DNA of 64,000 nucleotides from Camelus dromedarius (Eukaryota): NCBI RefSeq assembly GCF_036321535.1, contig NC_087437.1, positions 78,246,001 to 78,310,000 of the forward strand. The letters run 5' to 3'. The notes beneath the pieces were generated by a model. That model did not search any database. It had not been told where the DNA came from and saw only the letters and a list, made by a program, of their open reading frames with translations. A program made the position numbers and the translations under genes. Each line of letters opens with the position of its first letter. The stretch's first letter is position 1. This document shows positions 1-13,001 of this stretch, piece by piece.

Positions 1-1289
1 TGGAAAAGGACACAGGGTTTACGGGTTGGATGAGGCACCTTCTCTGTGGGTTTGACTGCCCTCCTTCCCTCCATGGCTCCTCCACCAGAAACTTGGCAGG
101 TGGGTGGGGGTTCCTCCTCTTGTGATCTGCCTCACGCAGACTGTCTGCGTGGCTCTTCCTGCTGCGCAGTCAGACGTATCAGCAAAGACAATGGCCTAAC
201 AGATGCCGGTATTCAGCCTGGACCAGCCTGTGTTGATTCTATGCTTATTAGTCTGAGCTAGTCACAGCCAGCTGGCTGCTGTTTGCCTTGACTAAGCTGT
301 GGAAACACACACGACTGCAGTGGCCCCTGGTGTACATAGACACCCAGGTGCTGGCTATCGTCACAATCCCTCCCGTAGCAAGAGGAGTATTTTTAGATGA
401 CTTAATGTTTTACTTTGCTTTTGTTTTTTTGTCTTGGAAAAAGCGCAGAGAGGGGATATTAAGGACTCAGTTTATAAGACAGATATATTCAAAAGAATCC
501 CTGGCATTTGACTTTGTGGAAGTCAAATAGAGGAAGAGCCTAAAGTTTAACTTTGTTTGCCTATTAGTTTCCTCTTAATAGCGGTGAGAAGCCAGTACAG
601 ATTTTAAAAGCCCCATAAGCAAGCTTCCTTTAAGGCACAGCAGATGAAATGTTTCCTGGGCAGCCAGGTGTCGTGCTGGCTAGTGCTTCAATATTTGCAA
701 TCTACTCCTTTATTGGTCCCGGGAGCGAAATGTTTTGAACTGGCCAGAAGCACTGCGGGCTTGCTGTGACCTGCTCCCCTTCAGAACTAGAAGCTGCCTG
801 AATGCTTTAGGCATGGTCCTAACGTGAGTGAAGGAAGATGGGGAATACTTTACCGGGCTGCAATTTAGCTCTTCTGGTCTAGCTGATGTTCTTGCCTTAA
901 CTTAGAAAAAATACTTACACTATTTTTTTTTAATTTAAGCTTTTAAATAGTCTACCTGGCCTGTAATATAATCTCCTCCTTCACCCCACTGTCTGCCATT
1001 AGCAATTTTTTAAATATCTTCCTTCCCCTAAACTGCTTACCCATCCTTCCTTTTACCCCTTTATATTGAATAAATAATAGTATTTTCTAAGGGAAGTGTA
1101 TGTAACTAATTATTCTTTTCATACTCATGCTCCTGTGAAATCATATTAAAGAGGAGATTGGAGTGGCTGAACATTTGACTTGTTTGTTAGACTTGCTCAT
1201 AGATTGCTGTTAGATATACCCTAGCAGACGGAATAATATTTGTTTTCAGTTTCAATTTAGGAAAAATGTGAGGTAGACATTATTAAAGT

Positions 1290-2350
1290 ATTGCAAATGT
1301 CCTTGCTCCACATTTTAATGAATGATTCAGATAAAGATATAGTTGTGCTTATCAAATTTGTGTGCATCCTATAAATATAAAAAAGAGCAAATGTATTATA
1401 CTTGATGTCAGAATTCAGATTTGAGAATAGGTCAACAGACTAGATTATAATAGGCTCAAAATAATAATTAATAACCTGGTAAATGTGAAATTAGGAAGAA
1501 TCAATTTTTTAAATTTCAGTATTGAAACAGTCTGGATTGAGAGAACTTTAGAATAAAGACAATAAATACATGGTAAGAGTGTCCCACTTACCATTCCTTT
1601 GACCAAGGAGACATTATTAATTGTCAGCACACTTTCCCCTGGAGCCAGGATTAAATTTTAGATCTAGCTCAACAAAATGACTAAATTGATTATAATTGGC
1701 ATCAGAGTTACAACATACAGGTTTTGGATTTGGGGCCCAGTCCTAGTTCCACCCATACAGGGAACCTGAGCCACGTGACCTTAGTGAACTGGTTTCCCCT
1801 CTCTAGTCTTCAGTTATTACTTCTTCAATTGTAAAAATGGCATTTGGACCATTTGATTTCTAAAGTCTTTTCTAACTCTGATAGTCTGTTATTCTATCAT
1901 TTTATAAGTGAATCAAAATGCAGAAACATGATGTTCTAGATTTAAGATAACCAATAAATTGAATTAGATCAAAGGAAACAAGATTTCTAATATGAAGTGA
2001 TAACAAGCATACATAATTGAGTTCTCATATAATTTCCTAAATGTTATTTTTGAAGAATGATATTAATAAGCTGGAGTTATGAAGCTAGATGGTGAAGTAT
2101 TTGGAAAAGCTTTATGTGGAGAAACTAGATATGCTTCATCCCACACCAAAAAAAAAAAAAAAAAAAAAGAAAAAGAAAAAAACTTGGACACGAGCAGTGC
2201 TTTCTCATTGTGAATAACTATTAAGTAAAAGAGACACTAAATTTCTTCCTTTGAAAATATAAATGGTACCAGAGTTCTAGGCAGGAAGGTTTGATTCAAT
2301 ACCCAGACTAATTTTCTGTATTAAAAACTGTCTAACAAAGAACTGGGTGA
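1290..2350 (+). mobile_element. Ancient L3/CR1 LINE fragments, interrupted by a MIR and an A-tract
   Basis: 1310-1490 reads like a decayed CR1 RT segment (FIND...LIKFAD...RIQ). 2050-2350 resembles the L3 3' region. Confidence 0.5.
1715..1897 (+). mobile_element. MIR/MIR3 SINE
   Basis: Core-like gtgaccttag...ctctctagtcttcagtt...tgtaaaaatgg and MIR3-type end ctaaagtcttttctaactctga. Confidence 0.6.
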
Positions 2351-2439
2351 ACTTTTAAGCTCCAAAGCTACACTGCTCATAATGGCTAAAGATTTTGGAG
2401 ACTCAAGTATGAGTCAGTCTGTCTGACTTCAGGCTCTGT

Positions 2440-2666
2440 CTGAAGTGCTTTACTCATTTTAATGCCCTTCTTGACCCAATGAGGTGGGGTACGGTTGTGA
2501 TCTCTGTTTTTAAAATGAGGAAATGGTGGGGCAGAGAAATTGAGTAATTTGTCCAATATTGCAAAAGCAGTTTTAGTAACGTTTCCAAGGTTGTCCAGGG
2601 AGGCAAAGGCAGAACTTACCACAAAGCCTCTGTCCAGAGCTTAGGTTGTTAACCACTCTTCCATAC
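2440..2666 (-). mobile_element. MIR SINE
   Basis: Reverse MIR core tttaaaatgaggaaa...gcagagaaattgagtaatttgtccaa and end ttaaccact. Confidence 0.6.
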
Positions 2667-4349
2667 CCTCCCCACTAAAAGTGGGTATCAGCTTGATTCT
2701 CGTATTCCAGAGATATTGAAGAAGAAGGTGGGAAACGGAAATGTACAATGTGTAAGGCCCCTTCCCAGCCTGCAATTAATACTGACTTGAAAGTGCTCGT
2801 ATTTTACCTTTTCGGTTCATGCAAATGTAAAGATTTGAAAGACTATTTTAAACTATATGTTTGGTGTTACTTTCCTGATGTTATACTTTAGTTTTACTGG
2901 TAGAGTTGCTGGAAATAGTTCAAAAATATAAATAGTGGCAATGTTACTGTCTGGGTAAAATTATGTAATTTTTTAATGTATTTTCTCCAGTTTTATAACT
3001 TTCGGTAATCTTAACTAGGAAGTTCAAGCTTAGGAAGGTGTTAAATATAGACATAAATGTGGAATAAAGATTCTTTAAGAAGTCACTGCCTTCTCTAAGT
3101 CTAACATAAAATACCCTTTCCATAAAAATATGCACCTGTGTTATTCAGTGGCACTTCTGTCAGTCCCAGTAAGTGTTACTAAAATGCATGCTTACTTTTT
3201 CATTGCTTATACTCAGAAACTGAAGTTCCTATGAGTGACCCATAAAGCTCATGGGAAAGCAAACTAATGAAGACATGAAGAATCTGGAGAAAATAAAATA
3301 GAAAATAAAAAGCCTCGGCCTGCTGTTTTCCCATGTGAAAGTATAGCCCATCACTCTCTTTAAATACATCGTCCTTCACAAGGTCCTCTGAACTGTCTGG
3401 GACATTTGTGATCAAGAAACGCAAGGCTTAGAAAAGCTTCCTGGGAGCGTCTGGCTTTCACACAGTCTCTGTACGAGGAAAGGAATCATATTTACTGATT
3501 CCCCACTCTAGGTCTTTCAGAACTATACGCATTTTATTTTCTTTTGTTGTTTTTTCTTTTATATAAAGTCACATTAATGACTCAATGGTTTTACGGTCAT
3601 TATAGCTACAGTTCAGTGAGTGATGACAGAGACTTACATCCTGTAACCAGATTGAGCCTGTCACTCCTGGTTTTCTCATTCTGTCTTCAACCTTTGGGTA
3701 CCTCCAGGGTCATCAGTCAGTCTCAGTGACCTCTGTGGACGAAGCTAGGACTCAGAGCATCATTCATCAAACTGCTTCATCAGTTGCTACCTAGAGACAC
3801 AAGAGTAGTTCTGCGGCATCTTGCCAATAGAAGTCAGGCCCGTGTTATGCTATGTTATTTATTTGTTTTTTTAAATATTGTCCTCACTTTGTGGTTGGCT
3901 TTCATTCTTTGTTTTTTATTTTCTAACTTGTCATGGGCAGGCTGTCTTAATTTTTCTATCTACCTACTTACCTACCTATTTTATAATTTTACATGTCCAT
4001 CCAAGTGCCTCTTGCCACAAATTAAAATGTATTATTTATTCTTTTTTATTATGTACACTACACCAGCATTTCCTCTCCTAACAACTGATCAATAAAAGGC
4101 GAAGGATGTGTGGTTTCTCCTCAGTCAAAATATCATTAAGCTTGGTTAATGTATGAATTTTGATGATAACATTGGCCTGCACGACTGCTGAGAGAAATGA
4201 GTGGTGGAAGCAATAAACAAGAACGCTGTCCGAGTGGAAGTAGTATCACCCACTTCATAAAGAAAGAAATGTTTATTATCAGAAAAAAATTGCTAAAATG
4301 ATTGAGTTTTCTCCAAGAGATTCATGACTTCTATACTATAGTTAGTTCC

Positions 4350-4468
4350 ATACTAAAATCCTTGAAGTCAAGGATTATGTATTTGTAGCTGAGTAGCCTT
4401 GCACAGTTATAGTTACCTAGGAAGTGCTCATTAAATCAATAAAATGAATGAATAAATAAATAAATGAG
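4350..4468 (+). mobile_element. L2 3' end
   Basis: gcacagt...aggaagtgctcattaaa followed by a tgaatgaataaataaa tail. Confidence 0.55.
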
Positions 4469-6327
4469 TCATGATACAGTATAAAAAGTCATAGCTTGGC
4501 TATTGTTATGCCCAGTTAGTATATTCCATAAAGTACTGTATCTGAAGAATAATAGAACCAGTCAGGAAAAAGCCATGTGATTTTAATACACGCTTCTGAT
4601 GCCATATTATAAATATGTTTTACCATATTTTAGAATAAAAATGAACCTGTTTACCATCTTGTTATACAAGTGTATTTACACATTAAGAAAATGGAAAAGA
4701 AGTCATTTTAACATGTACCCTTAGCTGGGTATGTTGTGTGATTTACTCATTTTTGTTCCTAAGTGTTTCATAAGTGTCATGGGACACACTAGGCTAGATG
4801 GCCTTTCATTTCATTTGAGCAGTAAATATTCAGTAATTTTAGAGTATAAGTTTTTCCAATGGACAGAATGAAAGTGATGTATATATAATGGTTGAGAATC
4901 CTAGACACATAGAATTATGGGAACTCAGATCTTTATTAAATCTTAGTATCTGTCATGTCCAAATCCTTCAATTGTTAGGTGAGTAAGGTGAGTTTCCCAT
5001 GCATTCAGTACAATGCTGGAGAGCTACAGAGTGAGACGCCAGCAGAACTTTATTTTCCTGGAACTGAGATTGTTATTACTATTTTTAATTAGCTTTGTTC
5101 TTCCCACAGAAATTCCACTGTTTGTTACAAGTTCATTTCAAAAGACTGTGTTAGGTTTTGTTTTTTCAAATTTGTTTGTTTGTTTTTGATTGGTTTGTTC
5201 ACGTGTTTATTTTTACATTCATCCAGGAAGAACTTGCGTTGGTCAAAAGTAGCCAGTATGTTTGAGTTTAGTTACTCCTGACTTGGGTGATAGGCAGTAG
5301 CATGTCAGTCCCATGTTGTAGTAAATCTACTAAGGTTTTGTATCTCTGTTGCTCCTTTAAAGTACATTTTATTAGCATCCAGTTTGCTGCTAACATCAAG
5401 GTTTCCCCTCCAATCCATGTTTGTATGAAGGTGCTAATTACTCCTTACATATCAAACCTGAAAACTGAATTTTCGACAGCTAATTGGGAGATGATAGAAT
5501 AAAAGCTAATCTGTGGCTGGACTGGCAGATGTCTTAACTGTCCATTAACTATTCTATTTCACCCTTTTGACTCCATTAGGCAACCAAAACCAGTCACTGA
5601 TACTTGCTCTGAGCTCATTCTAGAAGTTTCAGAGCCCTAAGCAAAAGTGAAAATGATGAGTTGCTTGCAAAGAAAAGAGAACCCATGGGGACTATTTGAT
5701 TTATTTCCCTAGTGTGTGGAAGAACAAATGCTTAAGTATATTAAATCTTTTTACTCCCTAATATTCTTTAAAAATTTGGGGGATTATAATGCTCAGCTAT
5801 TTAAAAGTAACTCTGCTTCTTTTTATGTCTTTACATATTTGTGTCTTTCAGGATTTTTGGTTTGTTTGCTTTTTTTTAACCAATCTTAACCTCATTTCTT
5901 GAACAAATTTCTTCTCTCAATTTTAGTATTATTTCTACTAAGTCATCTTTAATTTTTCTACTTTCAGTTCTTTGATGGGACAGATTAGATATGCTTCACC
6001 TTTTCTTATGTATTCATTTAAATTATAGAGAATTGGTACCTACCATCTCTTGAAACCATATCCTCTAGGATCCAAGATCTAGAATTTCAACAGCAGGATC
6101 TAATTTGGAATCTGTTGTAAGAGACCACTGGGGTTGCCAAACTTTTATACAGACCAAAATAGGTAATATTTTTGTCTGGAAAATAGTGACGTTTACTTTA
6201 GGTTAGTAGTTGTATTCTCCAACTTACATTCATTGGGAAAACTGGGAGGGAATATGAAAATTAAACTAAAATATCTATGTGGGATTTGCATTTAAGGATC
6301 AAGAATTAAACCCTAACAGAAAGTACA

Positions 6328-6328
<1 letters not shown>

Positions 6329-6379
<51 letters not shown>

Positions 6380-6427
6380 TGCACACACACACACACACAC
6401 ACACGCATGCACACACACACACACACA
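6329..6427. repeat. Interrupted (CA)n microsatellite
   Basis: ~100 bp of CA with two GCATG interruptions. Confidence 0.97.
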
Positions 6428-8119
6428 TTCTGTTGGCTTCAAAAGATTTCCAGGGTTTTTTTCTTTATTACACCTACTTCACTTTATTTCCTTTTGGCGT
6501 TTGCTCAGTTCTATTCTCATTCTCTGAATCTTGTCTCCACCAGACTGTAGGTATCTGGGCGTGGAATCACTTTCATAATGGTTAAAGGAGAGAGAAAATA
6601 TAAAACGCATATTATTTTAACAAATATAGTCAAAGTTGCTCACAAGGACTAAATAGTACACATTCAACCTGAAAAGTTGGAGCTGCTGGAAGATTTTTTT
6701 AAAAACTGAAGTGAAAGAATACTAAAATATGAAGCATTTAGAGGAAAGAAGAAAGAAGTCTTCTTAATAGCGTCATAGAGGTCATTAGCAAGTAAGTCAG
6801 AAATCAACTCAGTTCAAACCCAGAATTTTGCTGAATGTAGGTTAGTCAGATGTTACATCAAGTCTTTCTGTTCTTCAAAGAGAACTTGTAAAAAGTGTTA
6901 TTTATTGTATAGTACCTTTACATAAACGTCTCAGAGGGGAAAAAGTGAAAACCATACAATACCAATGAAGTTAGTACAGCTTCACTAATTAATACTTCGT
7001 AATAAATCTGGATGCTATCAAGATGAATCCTAGTTTTAGATCAGGAAGAGTGAGGAAATAAAATGAATACTGCTTCTCTGGCTGTGGGATTTGAGGTGTA
7101 TGTGGGATTCACCAGGTGCATAGAAGCAGGTTTCACTGCGCTTGATTTTCCAATTAGCCAAGCCATTGAAACTATGGCAAGAATGTTTCCCTTGTTTATT
7201 GTTTCTTTTTTTTCCCCCTCTTTTTTGGAGTTTATTTTTTCTAGCCTCTTTGCATTTGTCCACTATACTTTAGCCTCCACTCCCACTCAAAATTTTGAAA
7301 TATTTTGGATAATTTGAGGGAAGTCCTGGAACCATGGTTGAAAGCAAAACAAAAATAGTGTGTTTTTGAGCTAGGTGTTGATTTTGGCACTGACTTGTAA
7401 TGAGTTACTCTGTCTTCTAGTCCTAAAAAAGTTTGGAAAGGTATTCAAACAAAACATCAGTAATAGCTGTTGTATACATACTGCATTTGAGCTGACTATA
7501 AAAATATTTGATATTTGTTAAATTTCTCTTCAGGTCATCTCATTAGAGTTCTATTCTTTTAGGTTTTGCTTACATTCTCCAGGTATTAGACTATTACTTG
7601 CCTTTGCCTGATCCTATTCAATTTGAGAAGCTATACATTTTACAAGTTTACAGTTATTTCCCTTCCCAGTCCTTTGGCCATTTTTGCTACATCATCACAA
7701 GGCCTTTATTCATTTAAATACACATTTCTATTAGAATGCATTTTATTATTGGCGGTATTCATGTATCATCATCCTGCATAAAAGAGCCCATTACTGGAAT
7801 CTATGAGGCTAAAGATGCTAAAGAAGCAGGCCAAGATGCTGCCCATTTGATGTACTTTGAACAGAGCCAGAAAAATCCAGCTGCTTTTCAAAATGTCACT
7901 CAGTACCTACATGACCATAGTCAAAAAAGTTTAAAGCCACTTGTAATCTCATATACATTTGCACAAATAAATGTAAAAAATATAGAAAACAAGAAGTACA
8001 TATAACATGCACCAAACATTAAAAACAGATACTGTTTTAAATACAAAGTACTTATTCAAGTTATGAAAACATCACGATACCACCAGGGAAGTGGACCTAT
8101 ACCAGGAGTGGATAATTGA

Positions 8120-8710
8120 TTTTAAAAAATTCCAGGTAGAAAACAAACATCTGGTAACATGAACAGGTTCTCAACTAATTAAAGACTTGCAAATTAAAAC
8201 ATTGAAAAGGTACATTTAAAACCTATTACATTAACGAACATAATACCCAATGTTAATGAGATTGGGGTAAGACTGGTACATTCATACATTAACTGGTAGC
8301 ATTGTAAAGTGGTGCGAAGCTTTTGAAAAGCAGAATCATCATTCTGAAGACCTTGAAAACTGTTCTATCCATTGGTTCCTTAAACACAGTTTTAAATTAA
8401 TCAAAAATACAAAAGCCAAGCAAAACTTCACATCTCTAAGATGCTATTTACAGCATTTTGAAAATTGTTGAAACACTGGGAAATGATTTAATAACCCCAA
8501 ATCTTACATCTTAATATTAAGTAAGAAAAGAAAAACAAGCAGAGTTCAAAATTATATGAACACTATGTGTATATATGGTCAAAGATGAGAGAACAGCACA
8601 AATTACAAAAGCAACTGTTGGCTTATTGTGTTGAGATTATTATTTAGTTGGTTTTATTTTCAAATTTCTTCTTTATTATATTGTTTTAATAATAGTTTGT
8701 GTAAAAAGAG
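8120..8710 (+). mobile_element. Old L1 (L1ME-like) ORF2 end and 3' region
   Basis: tgcaaattaaaac...cattgtaaagtggtgc...ttttgaaaagca, a decayed version of the L1 QIKT...LVQPLWK region. Confidence 0.55.
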
Positions 8711-10149
8711 AAAAAATTTTGTAACATAAAATCTTATTAAAATTGCAACTCTCCTAGGAGATATAAGTTTAGTAGGGACATGTCAACAACAAGCTAGCTG
8801 GCTTTTAGAAAGGAGAAAGGAGAATAGTTTAGGAAAAGGATAAGTTTCAGAAAGAGAAAAAAACGATTGATGAAAAGTCATAGTGAAGCAAATTCAGACC
8901 TTTTCTATTTTGAAACATGACCTACGACTGAGTAAAGTCAAGGTTCTAATGATCTTCATTACAGTCTAAAAGTGAATGAAAATCACCTTGTTAATAGTTG
9001 TTTGAGTTAGCTATATTTCACTTACTAAGTGTTGATGTTTTCATATGTGTCTTATCTGTATTGATCTGTGCGTTTTTCCTCCAAGTTATTCTCTTAGGTT
9101 ATTTCAATATCAAAGAATGAATTTATGAATTTTAAATATATAAGTACTACATATAAATATTTTAAGCATGCTACTTTGTATTTTAAATATCCTTTTATGA
9201 TTTTATATACATGTATTTCTTCATTTACTGATTATCCTGTGATAAATGTATTTTAGTTGCCATTTGAATATCTAGCCTTCCTTTCCAATGTGAATTAGGT
9301 TTTCTTTCCATTTATTCATTCACATCACTTTAAATCAGGAATAAGTCAAGGTGACAGTTTGGATGAGTCCCAGATGTTTCAGGAAGTACATATTCATATT
9401 TTTTGTTAATATCTTTAATACTAGAAAAATTTTTGGTGTCCTTATATTATGATTGGTCTGTATAAGAATGTAAAAATTCAATAATCTCAAGTAAGGTATT
9501 ATCTGAAATAAAGGTTTAAGAATGTCCTCATGGAAGGTAAAAGTCCTTCTTCCATAGTCATGACCTTTGTAATCACCATGGCAATTTTTACCATTATACC
9601 TGTGAAATATTTCATGCATGTGAAGTCTTTTTCAGATGATTTCTTAGAACAAAATTTTTTAGGCATTAATCTTTGTTTTCTATGTATGTGTTTGCAAACC
9701 TTCTCCATAACAGCAAATATGTCTTTCAAGATCATGAATGAAAGCACACATTTCTTACTTTCAAATACATCTTATGATAATAAATATGATTCATAAAATC
9801 CCAGTGAAGCCAGAACAGGTTATTCCTCTTGAGACAGGAGCTTAGCACTATTAGGAATTAGATTTTATCCATTATCTAAAAATGGCAGCACAGCCTATTC
9901 AAAATAATGTTTAGATAACTCCAAATATATAAAAATATCTAAATAACTCCAAATATGATAAAGGAACATACCATTTACCAATCAGAATGCTAGAACACAG
10001 ACACAGTTTAGTCTTATTTTAAAGGGAGGAAAAAAGGAACTCTCTACAATGATTAGTACATACAACCTTTTAGGAAAACAGATAATTCCGTACCTTCCTT
10101 CCAGAAAAAAAAAAATGTACACAGTGATTCTATCTTAAAAACCAGTCTT

Positions 10150-10228
10150 TCTTTGTCTCTCTCTTTCAATCTCTCTTTCTCTCTCTCCACACACACACAC
10201 ACACACCCACACACACACACAAACACAC
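10150..10228. repeat. Compound (CT)n(CA)n microsatellite
   Basis: Direct reading. Confidence 0.85.
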
Positions 10229-10247
10229 TACTTTTAAAATTTAAGAC

Positions 10248-10400
10248 GGGAGGGTATATAGCTCAAGTGGCAGAGTGCATGTTTAGTATGCATGAGGTTC
10301 TGAGTTCAATCCCTGATATGTCCTCTTAAAAAAAGAGACATAATTACCTCCCCCCACAAAAATAATTAATTAAAAAAATTAAAAATTAATTTAATTTAAT
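10248..10400 (+). mobile_element. tRNA-derived SINE, camelid vic-1 type
   Basis: gggagggtatatagctcaagtggcagagtgcatgtttagtatgcatgaggttctgagttcaatccc. Pol III A-box ~10259-10270, B-box ~10302-10312, AT-rich tail. Confidence 0.85.
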
Positions 10401-10533
10401 CTGTTATTACTGAAGAAATCAGATTCCATATATTCTGTCTTGTATTTTTATGTTCACCAAATTTTTACATCTTATAGATGTCAAGATCAGTTTCTGGTAT
10501 CTTCAGAATCAAAGAGAATTTGTACTGGACATT

Positions 10534-10811
10534 TGTTAAAAACAGAAAGTCAGATTATATTTGAGCTATTGCAGTAGAAGAGAGAGACTTCAGTATAGAA
10601 CTAAGCTCAACTTCTAAAATGGCAAGAATTGCTAGGATTTATGGTCAGTGCACAGAGTGAGGGAGGTAGTGGTGAAAAATTACTAAGAGGAACTTGATTA
10701 GGTAACAAGATGGAAGTTTCTGTATAAATTGGGCTCAGTAGGCCAAGGCCAGTAAAGAACAGGGCTCAGAAGAGCCTGCCTCAAGTTTGGTCAGGAAGGG
10801 AGTCCTTGTCC
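10534..10811 (-). mobile_element. ERV1 LTR remnant, MER67/MER31-like
   Basis: Minus strand starts gacaaggactcccttcctgaccaaacttgaggcaggctc, contains cctcttagtaatttt and ends tttaaca. Confidence 0.65.
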
Positions 10812-10871
10812 TCAGGTAGCCATCATGACAGTCTGTGTTTTGGGTTACAATCTTAACATTAGATATTCGCT

Positions 10872-11010
10872 GGCTGTTAGAACTAGACAGGGTCTCAAAG
10901 ATCAACTCTTACCGCACAGATGGTAACACCGAGGCCCACAGGTGCTAAGCAGTCTGCACATGCCAGTAGGTAGGAGAGCCCCACTGGATACAGGTCTCCG
11001 GAGCACAAGC
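10872..11010 (-). mobile_element. MIR/MIR3 SINE fragment
   Basis: cagatggtaacaccgaggcccacag, reverse MIR core. Confidence 0.5.
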
Positions 11011-11749
11011 CAAGAAACCCATTTTTTTTTTTTAAACATTCTTTCTTACCTAAGATGGTAGTAATTATCCATTTTCCTGTTTAACCAACCAACTTTTCCT
11101 TTAACCAAGCGCTTCATGGGTAGAGTTATGTAGATGCCATCTAAAGTCAATAAACCAAATTTGTCTATGTTCATCCCCCAACTACCCACAATCAAATTGT
11201 GTAGAATAGTGAGGCGATTTCTAAGCACAAACACAAGTATTAAATGAATTAAAGGAATGCATGAGTGAGAGTGAATGGCTTTCTCCCAAACTGTTCCAAA
11301 ACATTAAAAAAATACACTTATTCTTTAATTAATTATTCTTTTAGTTTATACACATCTCCTCATAATCCTGACAGAGGTTCACTTTTAACCTGACAATATT
11401 TCTAGATTGTGAACTTTACTGCCCATTATCGTTTTAAACAAAAAGACTTCTTTTCAAAGATTTTCCCTTTACCGAAGATACTGTTGCTTTACCCACGTGA
11501 AGTATGTTGACCCAACATATTTCTGGATTTTTTCTCATCTCTTAAGTCACTATGTGTATTTTTCTCACTTGAAATTTTCCACTTTTCAGAAACACTGCCC
11601 TCTCATTTCGTATCTTTCGTCTTACGGTCCTACAGCTTTCATTTTTCTTGCCACCACAAGCCTGACAAGAAAAAAAGAAGGGTTCACATACACACGCACA
11701 CATACACACACTCACACAAATTGACTTATTTTTGGTCAATGACTCATAC

Positions 11750-11975
11750 TCTGTTTAAGAGCCTGGCATCTGAACTCCAATTCAATGCTTGACCAATTTG
11801 TTTGCTTTGATTAGAAAGCTTAATGTTTCTATGCCTCAACTATTCATATCTAAAATGGAGATGATAATAAATTCTACCTCGTAGAATTTGAAGGAGGATA
11901 CAGTAAGTTATTTCCTGAGAAGTGCTTCGATTAGAGCCCAGCACATAGTAAATTACCCAAGAAGTGATATGTTTG
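11750..11975 (+). mobile_element. MIR SINE
   Basis: tgcctcaactattcatatctaaaatggagatgataata...cccagcacatagtaa. Confidence 0.75.
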
Positions 11976-12129
11976 TATTAAACACTCAGTGAATTATCTA
12001 TTCATATTGGGAATTATTTTCTATTATACTTGCATAAATACTTTACAAAATTAGTACTAGTAAAACTGTTTCACTAAAAACTTTGAAGCAATGTTGTTAC
12101 AACTTCAAATTCATACTGTTCTCATCCTT

Positions 12130-12675
12130 TATTCTAACTCTGAAAGCCATCCGTCCATCTCCTCTGGACTTTCTATCATACTTCTCACAATGGCTGTTTT
12201 AATACTTTCTGAGAATTCTCATGCTATCCGAACACACCAGCATCTTCTTTACTCTCAGAGAATGACCTTGTTTCCCATCTCACTGTTATTAAGTTCACCT
12301 TTCTCTTTGAATAGTTTTCCACATCAACATTTTCTTCACCTACTTACTTCCCTCTTGTTTCATGAGAAAATTTTCCCCTGCTCTTGCAAGTCCAACTACT
12401 TTGTGCACCAACCTTCTTTAACCTTTCTATTTCCAATCTCCTCCAGTCTTTGAGACATCTGTGGTCTGTGTTTACATCTTTAAACTCTTCTTGTTGACTG
12501 GGTTTTTCTTGTTTATTGATGAGTTTTCAGGTTCCCCTTGTCCTGAGCTTACTCTTTCTTCCACACCACCCTTCTTTTCCCCTTCTATTTCTCAGGGCCA
12601 TCTTTTCCTGCTCCCCTACCTAACTGAAACAGCTCTCTCAGAACACATGAGGGTTGAGGAACAAATTCTCTCAAG
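12130..12675 (+). mobile_element. Decayed L2 internal fragment
   Basis: CT-rich L2-like sequence including aactgaaacagctctctca. Confidence 0.4.
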
Positions 12676-12685
12676 TCCCATGCTT

Positions 12686-12966
12686 TTTTTTTTTTTTTTA
12701 GCATTTTTTATTGAATTATAATCATTTTACAATGTTGTGTCAAATTCCACCCTACAGCACAATTTTTCAGCTATACATGAACATATATATGTTCATTGTC
12801 ACATTTTTTTCTCTGTGAGCTACCATAAGATCTTGTATGTATTTCCCTGTGCTGTACAGTATAATCTTGTTTGTCTATTCTACAAGTTTGAAATCCCAGT
12901 CTATCCCTCCCTACCCGCTGCCCCCTTGGCAACCACAAGTTTGTATTCTATGTCTATGAGTCTAAT
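12686..12966 (-). mobile_element. Young 5'-truncated L1 (3' UTR only) with TSD
   Basis: Poly-T then the same 3' UTR as the L1 at 25555. TSD tcccatgctt at 12676-12685 and 12967-12976. Confidence 0.9.
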
Positions 12967-13001
12967 TCCCATGCTTCTTAATGTTAATAGCACAACATTT
13001 T

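Noticed and set aside
6279..6585. His/Thr-repeat ORFs
   Set aside because: Translation of the (CA)n microsatellite.
9335..9796. Three overlapping ORFs on both strands
   Set aside because: No recognisable homology or convincing splice signals, and consistent with chance.
10248..10322. tRNA gene
   Set aside because: No proper acceptor stem, diverged boxes and an AT-rich SINE tail. It is a tRNA-derived SINE.
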